Source: Candidatus Multivoradales bacterium
Lineage (GTDB): Bacteria; Acidobacteriota; Thermoanaerobaculia; Multivoradales; Multivoraceae
DNA: 64,000 bases
Assembly (NCBI GenBank): GCA_965223325.1
Contig: CBDCWI010000002.1
Coordinates: forward strand, 4,288,001-4,352,000
Direction: 5' to 3'
Under the pieces are notes generated by a model. The model made no database searches, was not told where the DNA came from, and worked only from the letters and a program-made list of their open reading frames with translations. Within the stretch, counting starts at the first letter, position 1. The number at the start of each line of letters is the position of its first letter. A program made the position numbers and the translations under genes. Shown piece by piece: positions 30,183-38,618 of the stretch.

Positions 30183-31889
30183 CTACTCGGAGACCGAGCT
30201 CTGTCGCTCTTCCATTTCCTGGAGGCGGCTGCGTAGTGCCTCGATTTCGCTCTTGCTATCGAGGAGCTGGCGATAGAGCTCTTGAATCGCTGCCAGGGCA
30301 ACGCCGTCGGCGTCCGAGTAGGAGATGTGACGCTCGCTAGCGCCGAGCTTGAAGGCCTCGTAGAAGTCCTGAGCGACCGGGCCGAGGTGGGGAATTGCCT
30401 CGCCGTCATCGCGGTAGTTCCAGTGCAGGATCGGAACCTGAATCAGCCTCTCGAGGACCTGTGCAGAATTCACCGCAGCGAAGTTCTCCTTGGCGTTGCG
30501 GTCGGAGAAGCCGTTGACGGTGCCGGTCGTCGTCAGGTTGCCGCTCGAGTCGACCAGCAACTGCTCTGTTCCGGGAGTCGCGCTGAGTGACAGGCTGTAC
30601 TGGGTCTCGGAATAGGTCTCGTGCCACGTGCTCGCGCCGGCCTTGAACGCCGTCTGGATGGTTGCGTCAGCCGTGCCGTTGTCGGTGTACGACAGAGTCG
30701 TGCGGTTCAGGTCGGCATCCCAGGTCTGTACCCAGGTGTCGGTCTTGGACTGCACGCGCGACTCGATGTTGCTGCCGGTGTCGCGGATGTGCAGGTGTGA
30801 ATCGGGCGTGCTGGTTCCCAGGCCGATATGTCCGCTACTCCCCTTGATGGTGAGTGCATCACCCGGAGCGTCAGGGAAGATGCGAAAGACGAGCTCCGAA
30901 CCATTGGTGACGTCGCGGATGAAGAAGTTGGCTTCGTTCCCTGCCAGGTCCCAGGTCTGGGGCGTGAAACCGCTCGAGCCGTCCTGCTCGAGACGATAGG
31001 TCGGAGTGTTCCCGTCGACCATGTGAAGCTGGGTGACCGGGGTGGAAGATCCCAGTCCGAGGCGCCCTCCGTCGTCAACGTAGAGCGAATTGCTCGGTGC
31101 ACCGGCTTCGAGTGTGAAGGGCACGCGCGCGCCGTCGATGTCGGTAATCGAGAATTTGTTGGCGCCACCGTTCGAGGAGTCGTTGGCAGTGAGTTCCCAG
31201 TCGCGGGAGGGGAAGGACGCTGTGTTGCTGGTGTCCTGGAACTTGATGCGTAGGTTGTTCTCTTTGGTGCGGATGGTGTCGAATCCGAACGACTCACCAT
31301 TGGAGCAGTCTTGCCCGACGCAGAGGCTTTGCGTGACGATCAAGTCGTCGTTGATCTGCTGGTCGCGTGTTGTAACGCCTGCGGCGTCCTGGACGGCTGC
31401 CGAGCGCGTTGCGGTGCTTTCGGCAAGGTCGGGGTCCGCGATGGACCCGGCCTGCACCGTAAAGCTGCCGAAGCGCACAGGAATCGCCTGTACCAGTGGT
31501 TGGAACAGGCGTGTCGAAAGCCGGCCCGCCGCTTCGGCTTCGCGCAGGTTGGCGGCCATGTCGCGGGTTTCGGCGTTGACGCTGGGTACAAAGCGCAGTT
31601 CGTAGCTGTAGTTGCCGTCGAGGCTGCGGCCGTTCAGAGCGGCCAGGTCCGCGAGGTGATCGACGGTAAGCGACAACGGCGACCCGGCATCGATGCGGAA
31701 GGTTTCGATTCCCGCCGGTCCTGAAACCGTGAGTACCGCGCTTTCCCAAGCCTGCTGCGGTTCGGCGAAGTCGAGACCTTCGGAAAGCGTGCGCACGTCC
31801 TGGCCATAGGCGATCGAAGCGGCGAGGACACAAAGAGCCAGTAGGGAAAACAGGCGAAGGAGGGGGCGGGAAGAGAGCTTGGTGTTCAT
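30183..31889 (-). CDS. Secreted tail-fibre-like protein with C-terminal peptidase S74 (intramolecular chaperone) domain
   Basis: Sec signal peptide, GRLGLGSSTP and GHIGLGTSTP shaft repeats, then SDRNAKENF...WNY...HLGPVAQDFYEAF...DGVALAAIQEL and a terminal coiled coil. Confidence 0.85.
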   Translation of the reverse strand: MNTKLSSRPLLRLFSLLALCVLAASIAYGQDVRTLSEGLDFAEPQQAWESAVLTVSGPAGIETFRIDAGSPLSLTVDHLADLAALNGRSLDGNYSYELRFVPSVNAETRDMAANLREAEAAGRLSTRLFQPLVQAIPVRFGSFTVQAGSIADPDLAESTATRSAAVQDAAGVTTRDQQINDDLIVTQSLCVGQDCSNGESFGFDTIRTKENNLRIKFQDTSNTASFPSRDWELTANDSSNGGANKFSITDIDGARVPFTLEAGAPSNSLYVDDGGRLGLGSSTPVTQLHMVDGNTPTYRLEQDGSSGFTPQTWDLAGNEANFFIRDVTNGSELVFRIFPDAPGDALTIKGSSGHIGLGTSTPDSHLHIRDTGSNIESRVQSKTDTWVQTWDADLNRTTLSYTDNGTADATIQTAFKAGASTWHETYSETQYSLSLSATPGTEQLLVDSSGNLTTTGTVNGFSDRNAKENFAAVNSAQVLERLIQVPILHWNYRDDGEAIPHLGPVAQDFYEAFKLGASERHISYSDADGVALAAIQELYRQLLDSKSEIEALRSRLQEMEERQSSVSE

Positions 31890-31969
31890 TGTGTTTCGAT
31901 CCGTGAGTCGGTGTCGGGTGTCATGGGTGCGCGGAGGGGCTTGTCTTCTTGTGGGCTTGGGAGGGAACG

Positions 31970-32575
31970 TCAGGGGTCGGAGAGGTCCCAGGCACCGGTG
32001 TTGCCAGTCTCGAAACCGTCGTCGAAGAGAGCATCGGCAGGCGACTGAGTGGGTGGCGCGTCCTGGGTGACGTCGTCGAAACGCACCACCAGCGGGCTGA
32101 GGTCGCCGCCGGAGGTGGCGCAGTGCAGGCGGAGCTCGACGGCCTTCGTGTTCGCGGCAGTGGTGAAGCTCCGCCGGCTGGTTGCCCAGGTTGGGTTGTG
32201 GCCAGAGCGGGTGAGCTCGGCGCCCAGGGTGAGCCCCAAACAGTCGGCGCGTGGGCTCTCAAACAGCGCCAGACGGCAAAAGTCCTGGTTGCCGCTCACG
32301 ACCTTGAGGGCGGTGTTCCAGTGGGTGAGCGTGCCGCCGGTGACGGTGACGCATTGGCCGGCGATGAGCTGGGTCCGGTTGCCGGCCAGGCCGCCGGTCA
32401 GCTCGAGGGCACCAGGCGCTGCTCCACCATCGGCACCGGTGTGGGCGATGGTGCCGCGGCCGACGAGGTGCCAGCCGGTGACATCGCTGTCGAACGAGCC
32501 GTTGGTGATCTGGGCAACGAGCGGGGCGCCGGCGGTGGCGAGAAGTGCGAAGAGCAGGAATGCGTGACGTTTCAA
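31970..32575 (-). CDS. Small secreted CBM-like jelly-roll protein with DGFETG C-terminal motif
   Basis: TTG start gives MKRHAFLLFALLATAGAPLVA-QITNGSFDSDVTGW. The protein ends in LFDDGFETGNTGAWDLSDP. Confidence 0.75.
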   Translation of the reverse strand: MKRHAFLLFALLATAGAPLVAQITNGSFDSDVTGWHLVGRGTIAHTGADGGAAPGALELTGGLAGNRTQLIAGQCVTVTGGTLTHWNTALKVVSGNQDFCRLALFESPRADCLGLTLGAELTRSGHNPTWATSRRSFTTAANTKAVELRLHCATSGGDLSPLVVRFDDVTQDAPPTQSPADALFDDGFETGNTGAWDLSDP

Positions 32576-32764
32576 GGGTCGGTTCCGGTAGAAGGGTTTT
32601 CCGAAGCGTGAAAAGTTTACTAGGTTTCTTGTTGGGGTCAACAAAGTCGTTTTTATAGTAAACAAGGGAAAGATTCAGTAGGATGCCGACCTTCGAGTTC
32701 TCGGAGATCACCCCTTGGCACCCCTTTTTGGTCCCGCCACCCACCTGCCGTTCCCGAGGCCCTC

Positions 32765-35700
32765 ATGTCTAGATTGAAACTCCTACCGGCGTCCCTTGTC
32801 CTTGCCCTACTCGCCCCCGCGGCGCTCTGGGCGCAGCCGACGTTCACCGCGGTTTTCTCGCCCGGAACCATCGGACCGGGGAGCACGTCGACCGTGATCT
32901 TCACCATCGATAACGGGTCGGGTTCTCCAGTCACGGACCTCGGCTTCGCAGCCACCTTGCCGGCTGCAGTCACCATCGCCGATCCAGGCCGACCGCAATC
33001 GAGCTGCGACCTCCTGGTCGGCGAGCTGACCGCTCCAGACGGCGGAACGACGATCACCTTGAGCGGCGCGGGTGTCGGCGCGGCGGAGATCTGCACCGTG
33101 TCGGTCGATGTCACCGCGAGCACTCCCGGGAGTCACGAGATGGCGGCCGTCACCTTGAGTTCGAGTGCTGGTGACAGCCTGAGTTCGCCGGCGAGCCTGG
33201 CCGTCGTCACCACGCTTCCCGGTTTCAGCAAGAGCTTCGCACCGAGCACCGTGGCGCTGGGCGGGCGCAGCACCCTGGTCTTCACGATCGACAACAGTGC
33301 CAACGCCAACCGCATCGGCACTGTCTCATTCACCGACAACCTGCCAGTGGGAATGGTGGTTGCCGATCCGGCCAACGCTTCGACCGACTGTGTCTCAGCG
33401 TTGGACGATACGACCCTGACTGCGGTGGCCGGGAGCCAGCAGGTGGCGCTCCTTGCGGAGGGGATCAACATCATCGCAGGTTTCGAAGTGTTGCCGCCGG
33501 GTGCAAGTTGCACTGTGACGGTCGACGTGGTTTCGACCAGTTCCGGTTTTCTCGACAATGCCGCAGACGATTTGCAGGCCGACTTCACTTCCGCCGGTGG
33601 CGCGAACGACACGCTCGAGGTCACCCAGACCAGCCTGGCCATCACCATGTCGTTCGAGGATGATCCGGTGCCTCCGGGAAGTCCCGTAGATGTGCTCTTT
33701 ACCCTCATTAACATTGACAGTAGCTTCTCCGCAACTGGCGTCATGTTCAGCGCAGATCTGACCACGCTCTCGCCCCCGCTCTCTGGCCTGACCTTCGACG
33801 CCGCTCTCGAGAACGAATGCGGCGGTAGCGTTTCGGGCATTGGTGGCACCAGCATCGCCTTCTCCGGCGGCACGGTTGCCCCAAGGGCGAGTTGTTCGAT
33901 TCGAGGCAGGCTTGCGGTCCCCGCGGCCACAGTCCCCGGTGCCTACGCGGCCATGACCACCGCGATCACGGGCACGCGAGACGGGTCGCCCGTGGTTGGC
34001 AACTCGGCGTCAGACGTACTTTTCGTCGAGCCGGTACCGATCATCACCATGAACTTCCTCGAGGCGGGCACTCTCGCCCCCGATCCGACCATCAACGCTG
34101 GCGACGACTTCGTGGTGCGCTACACGATCACCAACACCAGCAGCACCTCCGCTGCGACGGACATCACGTTTCTCGACGAGCTCACCGACGGTGGCCCAAT
34201 GACGGGGTTCTTGCCTTACCCCATCGTTGCAACGTTGCCGCCCGTCCCCGACCCTCCGTGCGGCGGCTCGATGGCCTTTGCGTTCCCCGATATCGACCGA
34301 CAAGGTCTCCAGCTAACCGGCGGCAGCCTCACGGCGGCTCCGGGTGCTGGTGCGACCTGCACGTTTGACGTGACCTTGACGGCGCCGATTGATCTGGCGC
34401 CAGGGATCTACCGCAGTACCACCGGCGCGATCGAGGCAACCGTGGACGGTGCTTCCAGGGTCGGCAACGTTGCTACCGACACGATCACCGTCATCGGCGC
34501 GCCGGCTTTGACGAAGCGGTTCGTTGACGGCCCCGCGGCGCCCGGCGAGACCGTGACTCTCGAGTACACCCTTTCGCACCGCGCCGACGCCCCGGGAAAC
34601 GCCACCGGGATCACCTTCACGGACGATCTGTCGGCGACACTCTCGGATCTGACCGCGAACCTGCCACCTTCGCCTGATCCGCCATGCGGAGCCGGTTCGT
34701 CGCTGACCGGATCGGCAGGAGACACGCTGCTCACCCTCTCGGGCACCTCGCTCCAGCCTGGCGAGTCCTGCACCTTTTCGGTGACCCTCGACGTTCCCGC
34801 CGGCGCCGCCGCCGGCAGCTATCCGAGTACCACCAGTGCGGTCAGTGCGACGGTCGATGGACTGGCCGCTACTTCCAGGCCAGCGACCGCCGATCTGCAG
34901 GTCGTGGGTGTGGTGTTGACGAAGGAGTTTCTGGACGACCCGGTGCTTCCCGGTGAAAGCGTGACCCTCCGCTATGGGATTGAGAATGTGCATCCGTCGG
35001 TGGGCGCGGATATCGTCTCGTTTGCCGACGACTTGAATGCGGCTCTCTCCGGGCTTGCGGCGACCGGAGGAGCGCTCGTCGATACCTGCGGGGGTACCTT
35101 GAGTGGTACCAACTCTCTCACCTATACGGGGGGATCGGTGGCCTCAGGTTCATCGTGCTCGATCGATGTGCTCGTTCAGGTGCCGGCGGGTGCCGCCGAT
35201 GGCACCTACAACAGCACCACGAGCTTTCTCCAGGTCAACCAGGGTGGGGTTGTCGTAGTCAACCCGGCGACCGACCAGCTGGTCGTCAACTCGTCGCTTC
35301 TCCAAGTGACCAAACAGTTCACCGACGACCCCGTAGCCCCAGGTGACGTCGTGACCATGGAGTACACGATCTCCAATCTGGACCCCAGCCGACCGGCAAC
35401 GGATATCGCGTTTCAGGACCCACTAGGTGCGGCCCTCTCCGGTTTGCAAGTGACGCACGTGATTCTGCCCAACGGTTGCGCGGCGTTGGGTTTCGGTTTC
35501 GCCGGTCTGAATTCTCCCACCTTGAGCGTCTTCGACGGATCTCTCGCCGCGGGGGAGAGCTGCACGGTGCGCTTCGGGCTGCCGGTGCCTGCGGGAACCG
35601 CTGCGGGAACCTACGCCAGTACGACCACCGCGATCACTGGCACGATCGACGGCTTTCCAGTCTCCGGTGAAGCAGCCACCGACAACCTGGATGTCAGAGG

Positions 35701-37462
35701 TGAGCTTCTGTTCAGCAAAGCCTTCGATGGTCCCACCACGGCGACCGGCACCGCCGTCCTCACCTTCAACATCAGCAACCCAGGAACCGACACCGCGACC
35801 GGGCTCTCCTTCTCGGACGATCTCGACGCAGTCCTCGCCGGCCTTGTGGCCACCTCGCTGGATCTGGATGTACCCCCCTGCGGTGCCGGTTCCGAGCTCG
35901 GTGGCACATCGTTTCTTACCCTGACCGGCGGTGAGTTGCCGCCGATGGGTGGTACGTGCAGCTTCAGGGTGGAGGTGCAGGTTCCCGCCGGGACAGCGGC
36001 TGGCACCTACACCAACACGACCTCCGAACTGTTCCAGTCCGGCCTGACGGTCGCCGAGCCCGCGACTGCCGACCTGGTGATCGAACCGGCCCCCGTGTTC
36101 TCCAAGACCTTTACTCCCGACACGGTGGCGCAGTTCGAAGCCAGCACCTTGCGTTTTTCAATCGACAACACCGCCTCGGCGCTGGCCGCTACGGCACTGG
36201 ACGTGACCGACAACCTGCCGGCTGGCATGACCGTCGCGACTCCGCCCAACAGCGCAACGACTTGCACGGGCGGCACCTTGACGGCGGCCGACGGAAGTTC
36301 GGTTGTCGCCTACAGCGGAGGTTCGGTTGCCGCCGGGTCGACGTGCACGATCGAGGTCGACGTCGTCGCTTCGTCGGTCGGCGTTTTGGTGAACACCACA
36401 GGCGAGCTGACCTCGTCGTCGGGCAACAGCGGAAACGCGAGCGACACCCTCACGGTGATGGACGCCGAGCCACCCGTCGTGACGTCGATTTCGACTGGCG
36501 AGGGTCCGCTAGCGGCCTGCACCAACCTGCGAGAACCCGTGGCTTCGATCCAGGTCGTCATGGAAGACGGCGGTGGTGCGATCTTTGGTGCGGACGACCC
36601 GGCTAACTACAAACTCATCGCCACCGGGCCGAACGGAGAGTTCGACACCCAGGGGTGCGGTGCCACCCAGGGCGACGACGAAGAGATCACCGTTCTGGCA
36701 GTCGAGACGAGCGGGGTCTTTCCTTCGGTCGAAGTCGACGCCAGCGTCAGTGCTGAATGGTTGCCGGTTGGGCTCTATCGCTTCTTTGTTTGCGACTCGA
36801 TCACCGACGGAAGCGGCAATGCGCTCGACGGTGACTTCGATGGCCTTGCCGGCGGCGACGCCCTCGTTCCCGTGTTCCGCGCCGACCCTTGGAATCTCTT
36901 CGACAATGCGCACTTCGATGACTGCCCTGTGGCTCGCGCAGTGACCCTCGCACCGTGGGCTGCCATGGCCACGGCCCCCAACGCGGTCTTACCCGGGACC
37001 CCGGGAATCGATGATGCTTCTGGGTCACCGCTCTCGGCTTCCGCTCTCGTGGTGAACACGGCCGGTGGCGCGAGTGCTCTCAGCCAGTGCGTGGAAGTCG
37101 AAGGCGGTGCGTCGTACGAGTTGCGGGCCGCGCTGCGCTACACCTCGGCCTCCCTCGGAGCCCTGGAGCAGGTCTGCGATTTCTACGATGATGCTGCCTG
37201 TGCTGGCGCGTTGCTTGGCACCTCGTCGCTCACTTCGTTGCTCGAGGACGGAGCCGGGAGCTTCGCGGCGGTTTCGACCGGCATCACAGTGCCCGCGGGC
37301 GCGTCCTCGGGGCTTTGTGCATTCGCCATTGAGAGTCTCGATGGTGGCGACGCCAGCCTCGAGCTCGCCCTCGACCGCGTCTTCATGGGTGCCGAGTTCA
37401 CGATCTTCACTGACGGCTTCGAGACTGGCGACACGACAAAGTGGTCGGCGGTCCTGCCGTGA
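32765..37462 (+). CDS. Giant secreted repeat protein (nine DUF11-like Ig repeats, Ig-like domain, CBM-like domain, DGFETG tail)
   Basis: Signal peptide ending LWA-Q and nine repeats of the pattern (K)xF...T(L/V)xFTIxN...FxDxL...C...C. The protein ends in IFTDGFETGDTTKWSAVLP. Confidence 0.88.
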   Translation: MSRLKLLPASLVLALLAPAALWAQPTFTAVFSPGTIGPGSTSTVIFTIDNGSGSPVTDLGFAATLPAAVTIADPGRPQSSCDLLVGELTAPDGGTTITLSGAGVGAAEICTVSVDVTASTPGSHEMAAVTLSSSAGDSLSSPASLAVVTTLPGFSKSFAPSTVALGGRSTLVFTIDNSANANRIGTVSFTDNLPVGMVVADPANASTDCVSALDDTTLTAVAGSQQVALLAEGINIIAGFEVLPPGASCTVTVDVVSTSSGFLDNAADDLQADFTSAGGANDTLEVTQTSLAITMSFEDDPVPPGSPVDVLFTLINIDSSFSATGVMFSADLTTLSPPLSGLTFDAALENECGGSVSGIGGTSIAFSGGTVAPRASCSIRGRLAVPAATVPGAYAAMTTAITGTRDGSPVVGNSASDVLFVEPVPIITMNFLEAGTLAPDPTINAGDDFVVRYTITNTSSTSAATDITFLDELTDGGPMTGFLPYPIVATLPPVPDPPCGGSMAFAFPDIDRQGLQLTGGSLTAAPGAGATCTFDVTLTAPIDLAPGIYRSTTGAIEATVDGASRVGNVATDTITVIGAPALTKRFVDGPAAPGETVTLEYTLSHRADAPGNATGITFTDDLSATLSDLTANLPPSPDPPCGAGSSLTGSAGDTLLTLSGTSLQPGESCTFSVTLDVPAGAAAGSYPSTTSAVSATVDGLAATSRPATADLQVVGVVLTKEFLDDPVLPGESVTLRYGIENVHPSVGADIVSFADDLNAALSGLAATGGALVDTCGGTLSGTNSLTYTGGSVASGSSCSIDVLVQVPAGAADGTYNSTTSFLQVNQGGVVVVNPATDQLVVNSSLLQVTKQFTDDPVAPGDVVTMEYTISNLDPSRPATDIAFQDPLGAALSGLQVTHVILPNGCAALGFGFAGLNSPTLSVFDGSLAAGESCTVRFGLPVPAGTAAGTYASTTTAITGTIDGFPVSGEAATDNLDVRGELLFSKAFDGPTTATGTAVLTFNISNPGTDTATGLSFSDDLDAVLAGLVATSLDLDVPPCGAGSELGGTSFLTLTGGELPPMGGTCSFRVEVQVPAGTAAGTYTNTTSELFQSGLTVAEPATADLVIEPAPVFSKTFTPDTVAQFEASTLRFSIDNTASALAATALDVTDNLPAGMTVATPPNSATTCTGGTLTAADGSSVVAYSGGSVAAGSTCTIEVDVVASSVGVLVNTTGELTSSSGNSGNASDTLTVMDAEPPVVTSISTGEGPLAACTNLREPVASIQVVMEDGGGAIFGADDPANYKLIATGPNGEFDTQGCGATQGDDEEITVLAVETSGVFPSVEVDASVSAEWLPVGLYRFFVCDSITDGSGNALDGDFDGLAGGDALVPVFRADPWNLFDNAHFDDCPVARAVTLAPWAAMATAPNAVLPGTPGIDDASGSPLSASALVVNTAGGASALSQCVEVEGGASYELRAALRYTSASLGALEQVCDFYDDAACAGALLGTSSLTSLLEDGAGSFAAVSTGITVPAGASSGLCAFAIESLDGGDASLELALDRVFMGAEFTIFTDGFETGDTTKWSAVLP

Positions 37463-37526
37463 GGCGTACGCCAGAGGCCAGGTCTTCCAACGATTGGCGG
37501 TCAGATTGCCGTATAGAGTTCAAGCA

Positions 37527-38363
37527 ATGAGCATCAAGAAACCGTTCGCTTCGTCGGTCCACCACGCGCTGGTTGTGACATTCCTTCTGGTTGCCGCCGT
37601 TGCTGTCCTGTTGGCGACGCCTGCAACGGCGGAGGGGGATCCGAGCGTCGAACTCGCTCCTCGGGCGGTAGCGGGCGTCGCCCGTATCGCCGTTCCGCCG
37701 CTACCCCCGACGTCGACCCTTCCTACACAGCTCGTCCTGGACGACAACACGGCCGAAAGCTCCTTCGGCTTTGCCGGTGGAACCGCGCGTCAGTTCATGT
37801 GGTTCAACCGCTTTGATTCGCCAGGTTCGTTCGCTCTCAGCGAGATCTGGGTCCTGTTTCCCCCAGGCGCCGACGTGCCGCTCGGCGGTGCGGTTCAAAT
37901 CGCAGTCTTTGATGATCCCGACGGTGACCCCACCAACGGCGCAACGCTGCTTGCGACCTACGACGAGACGATCCAGGCGAACGATGGGCTGACGTTCTCC
38001 GTCTACCCGCTCGCGACTCCCCTGGCGCTCGATGCCACCGGTGCGGTCTTGATTGGCGTCGTCAATCGATACTTCGATACCGGTGTGACGCCGCCCCCGA
38101 CTCTGCCGGCGGCACTCGACACCACCGCCAGTGAGGGCAGTTCCTACGTCGCCCTGTGGCCGGCCGACGCTTCTGATCCGCCCGACCTGGCGTCAGCTTC
38201 GACGATTCAGTTGGTCGGCGGTGCCTCGGCCGGCAACTTCATGATCCGTGGCTTCGGAGGGGTGGCCCAGGTCGCTCCGGTGCCGACGCTCGGGTCGTTC
38301 GGGCTTCTCGTCCTCGGTTTGCTGACCGCTCTCGTGGGCAGCCGGCGTCTGCGTCCTCGCTGA
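37527..38363 (+). CDS. Secreted beta-rich protein with IPTL-CTERM-like sorting signal
   Basis: Signal peptide ending ATA-EG. The C-terminus VPTLGSFGLLVLGLLTALVGSRRLRPR has the [IV]PTL motif, a transmembrane helix and a basic tail. Confidence 0.8.
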   Translation: MSIKKPFASSVHHALVVTFLLVAAVAVLLATPATAEGDPSVELAPRAVAGVARIAVPPLPPTSTLPTQLVLDDNTAESSFGFAGGTARQFMWFNRFDSPGSFALSEIWVLFPPGADVPLGGAVQIAVFDDPDGDPTNGATLLATYDETIQANDGLTFSVYPLATPLALDATGAVLIGVVNRYFDTGVTPPPTLPAALDTTASEGSSYVALWPADASDPPDLASASTIQLVGGASAGNFMIRGFGGVAQVAPVPTLGSFGLLVLGLLTALVGSRRLRPR

Positions 38364-38396
38364 TCGCGCTCTCCTCGTCTCTGCCACAAAGAAAGA

Positions 38397-38417
38397 GGGC
38401 GGCCCCGTAGGCCGCCC
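38397..38417. terminator. GC-rich hairpin after the IPTL-CTERM gene
   Basis: GGGCGGCC-ccgta-GGCCGCCC preceded by AAAGAAAGA, nested inside a longer CTCTCCTC...GAGGAGAG inverted repeat. Confidence 0.45.
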
Positions 38418-38564
38418 GTGGAGGGATGAGGAGAAGAACTCCCCGCAGGCCACCATGGTACAAGATATATAGATAAAACGCAATATATCTAATTAAAGAC
38501 CCTCCAGGACAAGCTGCGAATGGAGGCCGGCGGCGAAGGAGGGGGGGCCCATTTCGACCTCCGG

Positions 38565-38591
38565 GCGAACGTTCTGGTCCATCTCTACGTA
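38565..38591 (+). promoter_or_regulatory. ECF (SigW-like) promoter upstream of the sigma gene
   Basis: GCGAAC-N17-CGTA, with the same geometry as the site at 40674-40700. Confidence 0.55.
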
Positions 38592-38618
38592 CTGGGGCCA
38601 GGGGAGGGACCAACCGCC

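Noticed and set aside
30183-31889. Prophage or tailocin suggested by the S74 tail-fibre domain
   Set aside because: No capsid, tail, baseplate, lysis or integrase genes are nearby, and the protein has a Sec signal peptide.
32715-32732. Possible sigma54 promoter TTGGCACCCCTTTTTGGT upstream of the giant protein
   Set aside because: It lacks the invariant GC at the GG-N10-GC position.
37065-37526. ORF-track extension of the IPTL-CTERM gene overlapping the giant gene (possible frameshift fusion)
   Set aside because: The giant gene ends cleanly with the DGFETG tail, and the downstream gene has its own ATG and signal peptide at 37527.
38460-38493. dif site or tandem NrdR boxes as the identity of the AT-rich palindrome
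   Set aside because: There is no TTATGTTAAAT-like XerD arm. The NrdR matches are partial with atypical spacing, and no nrd genes are nearby.
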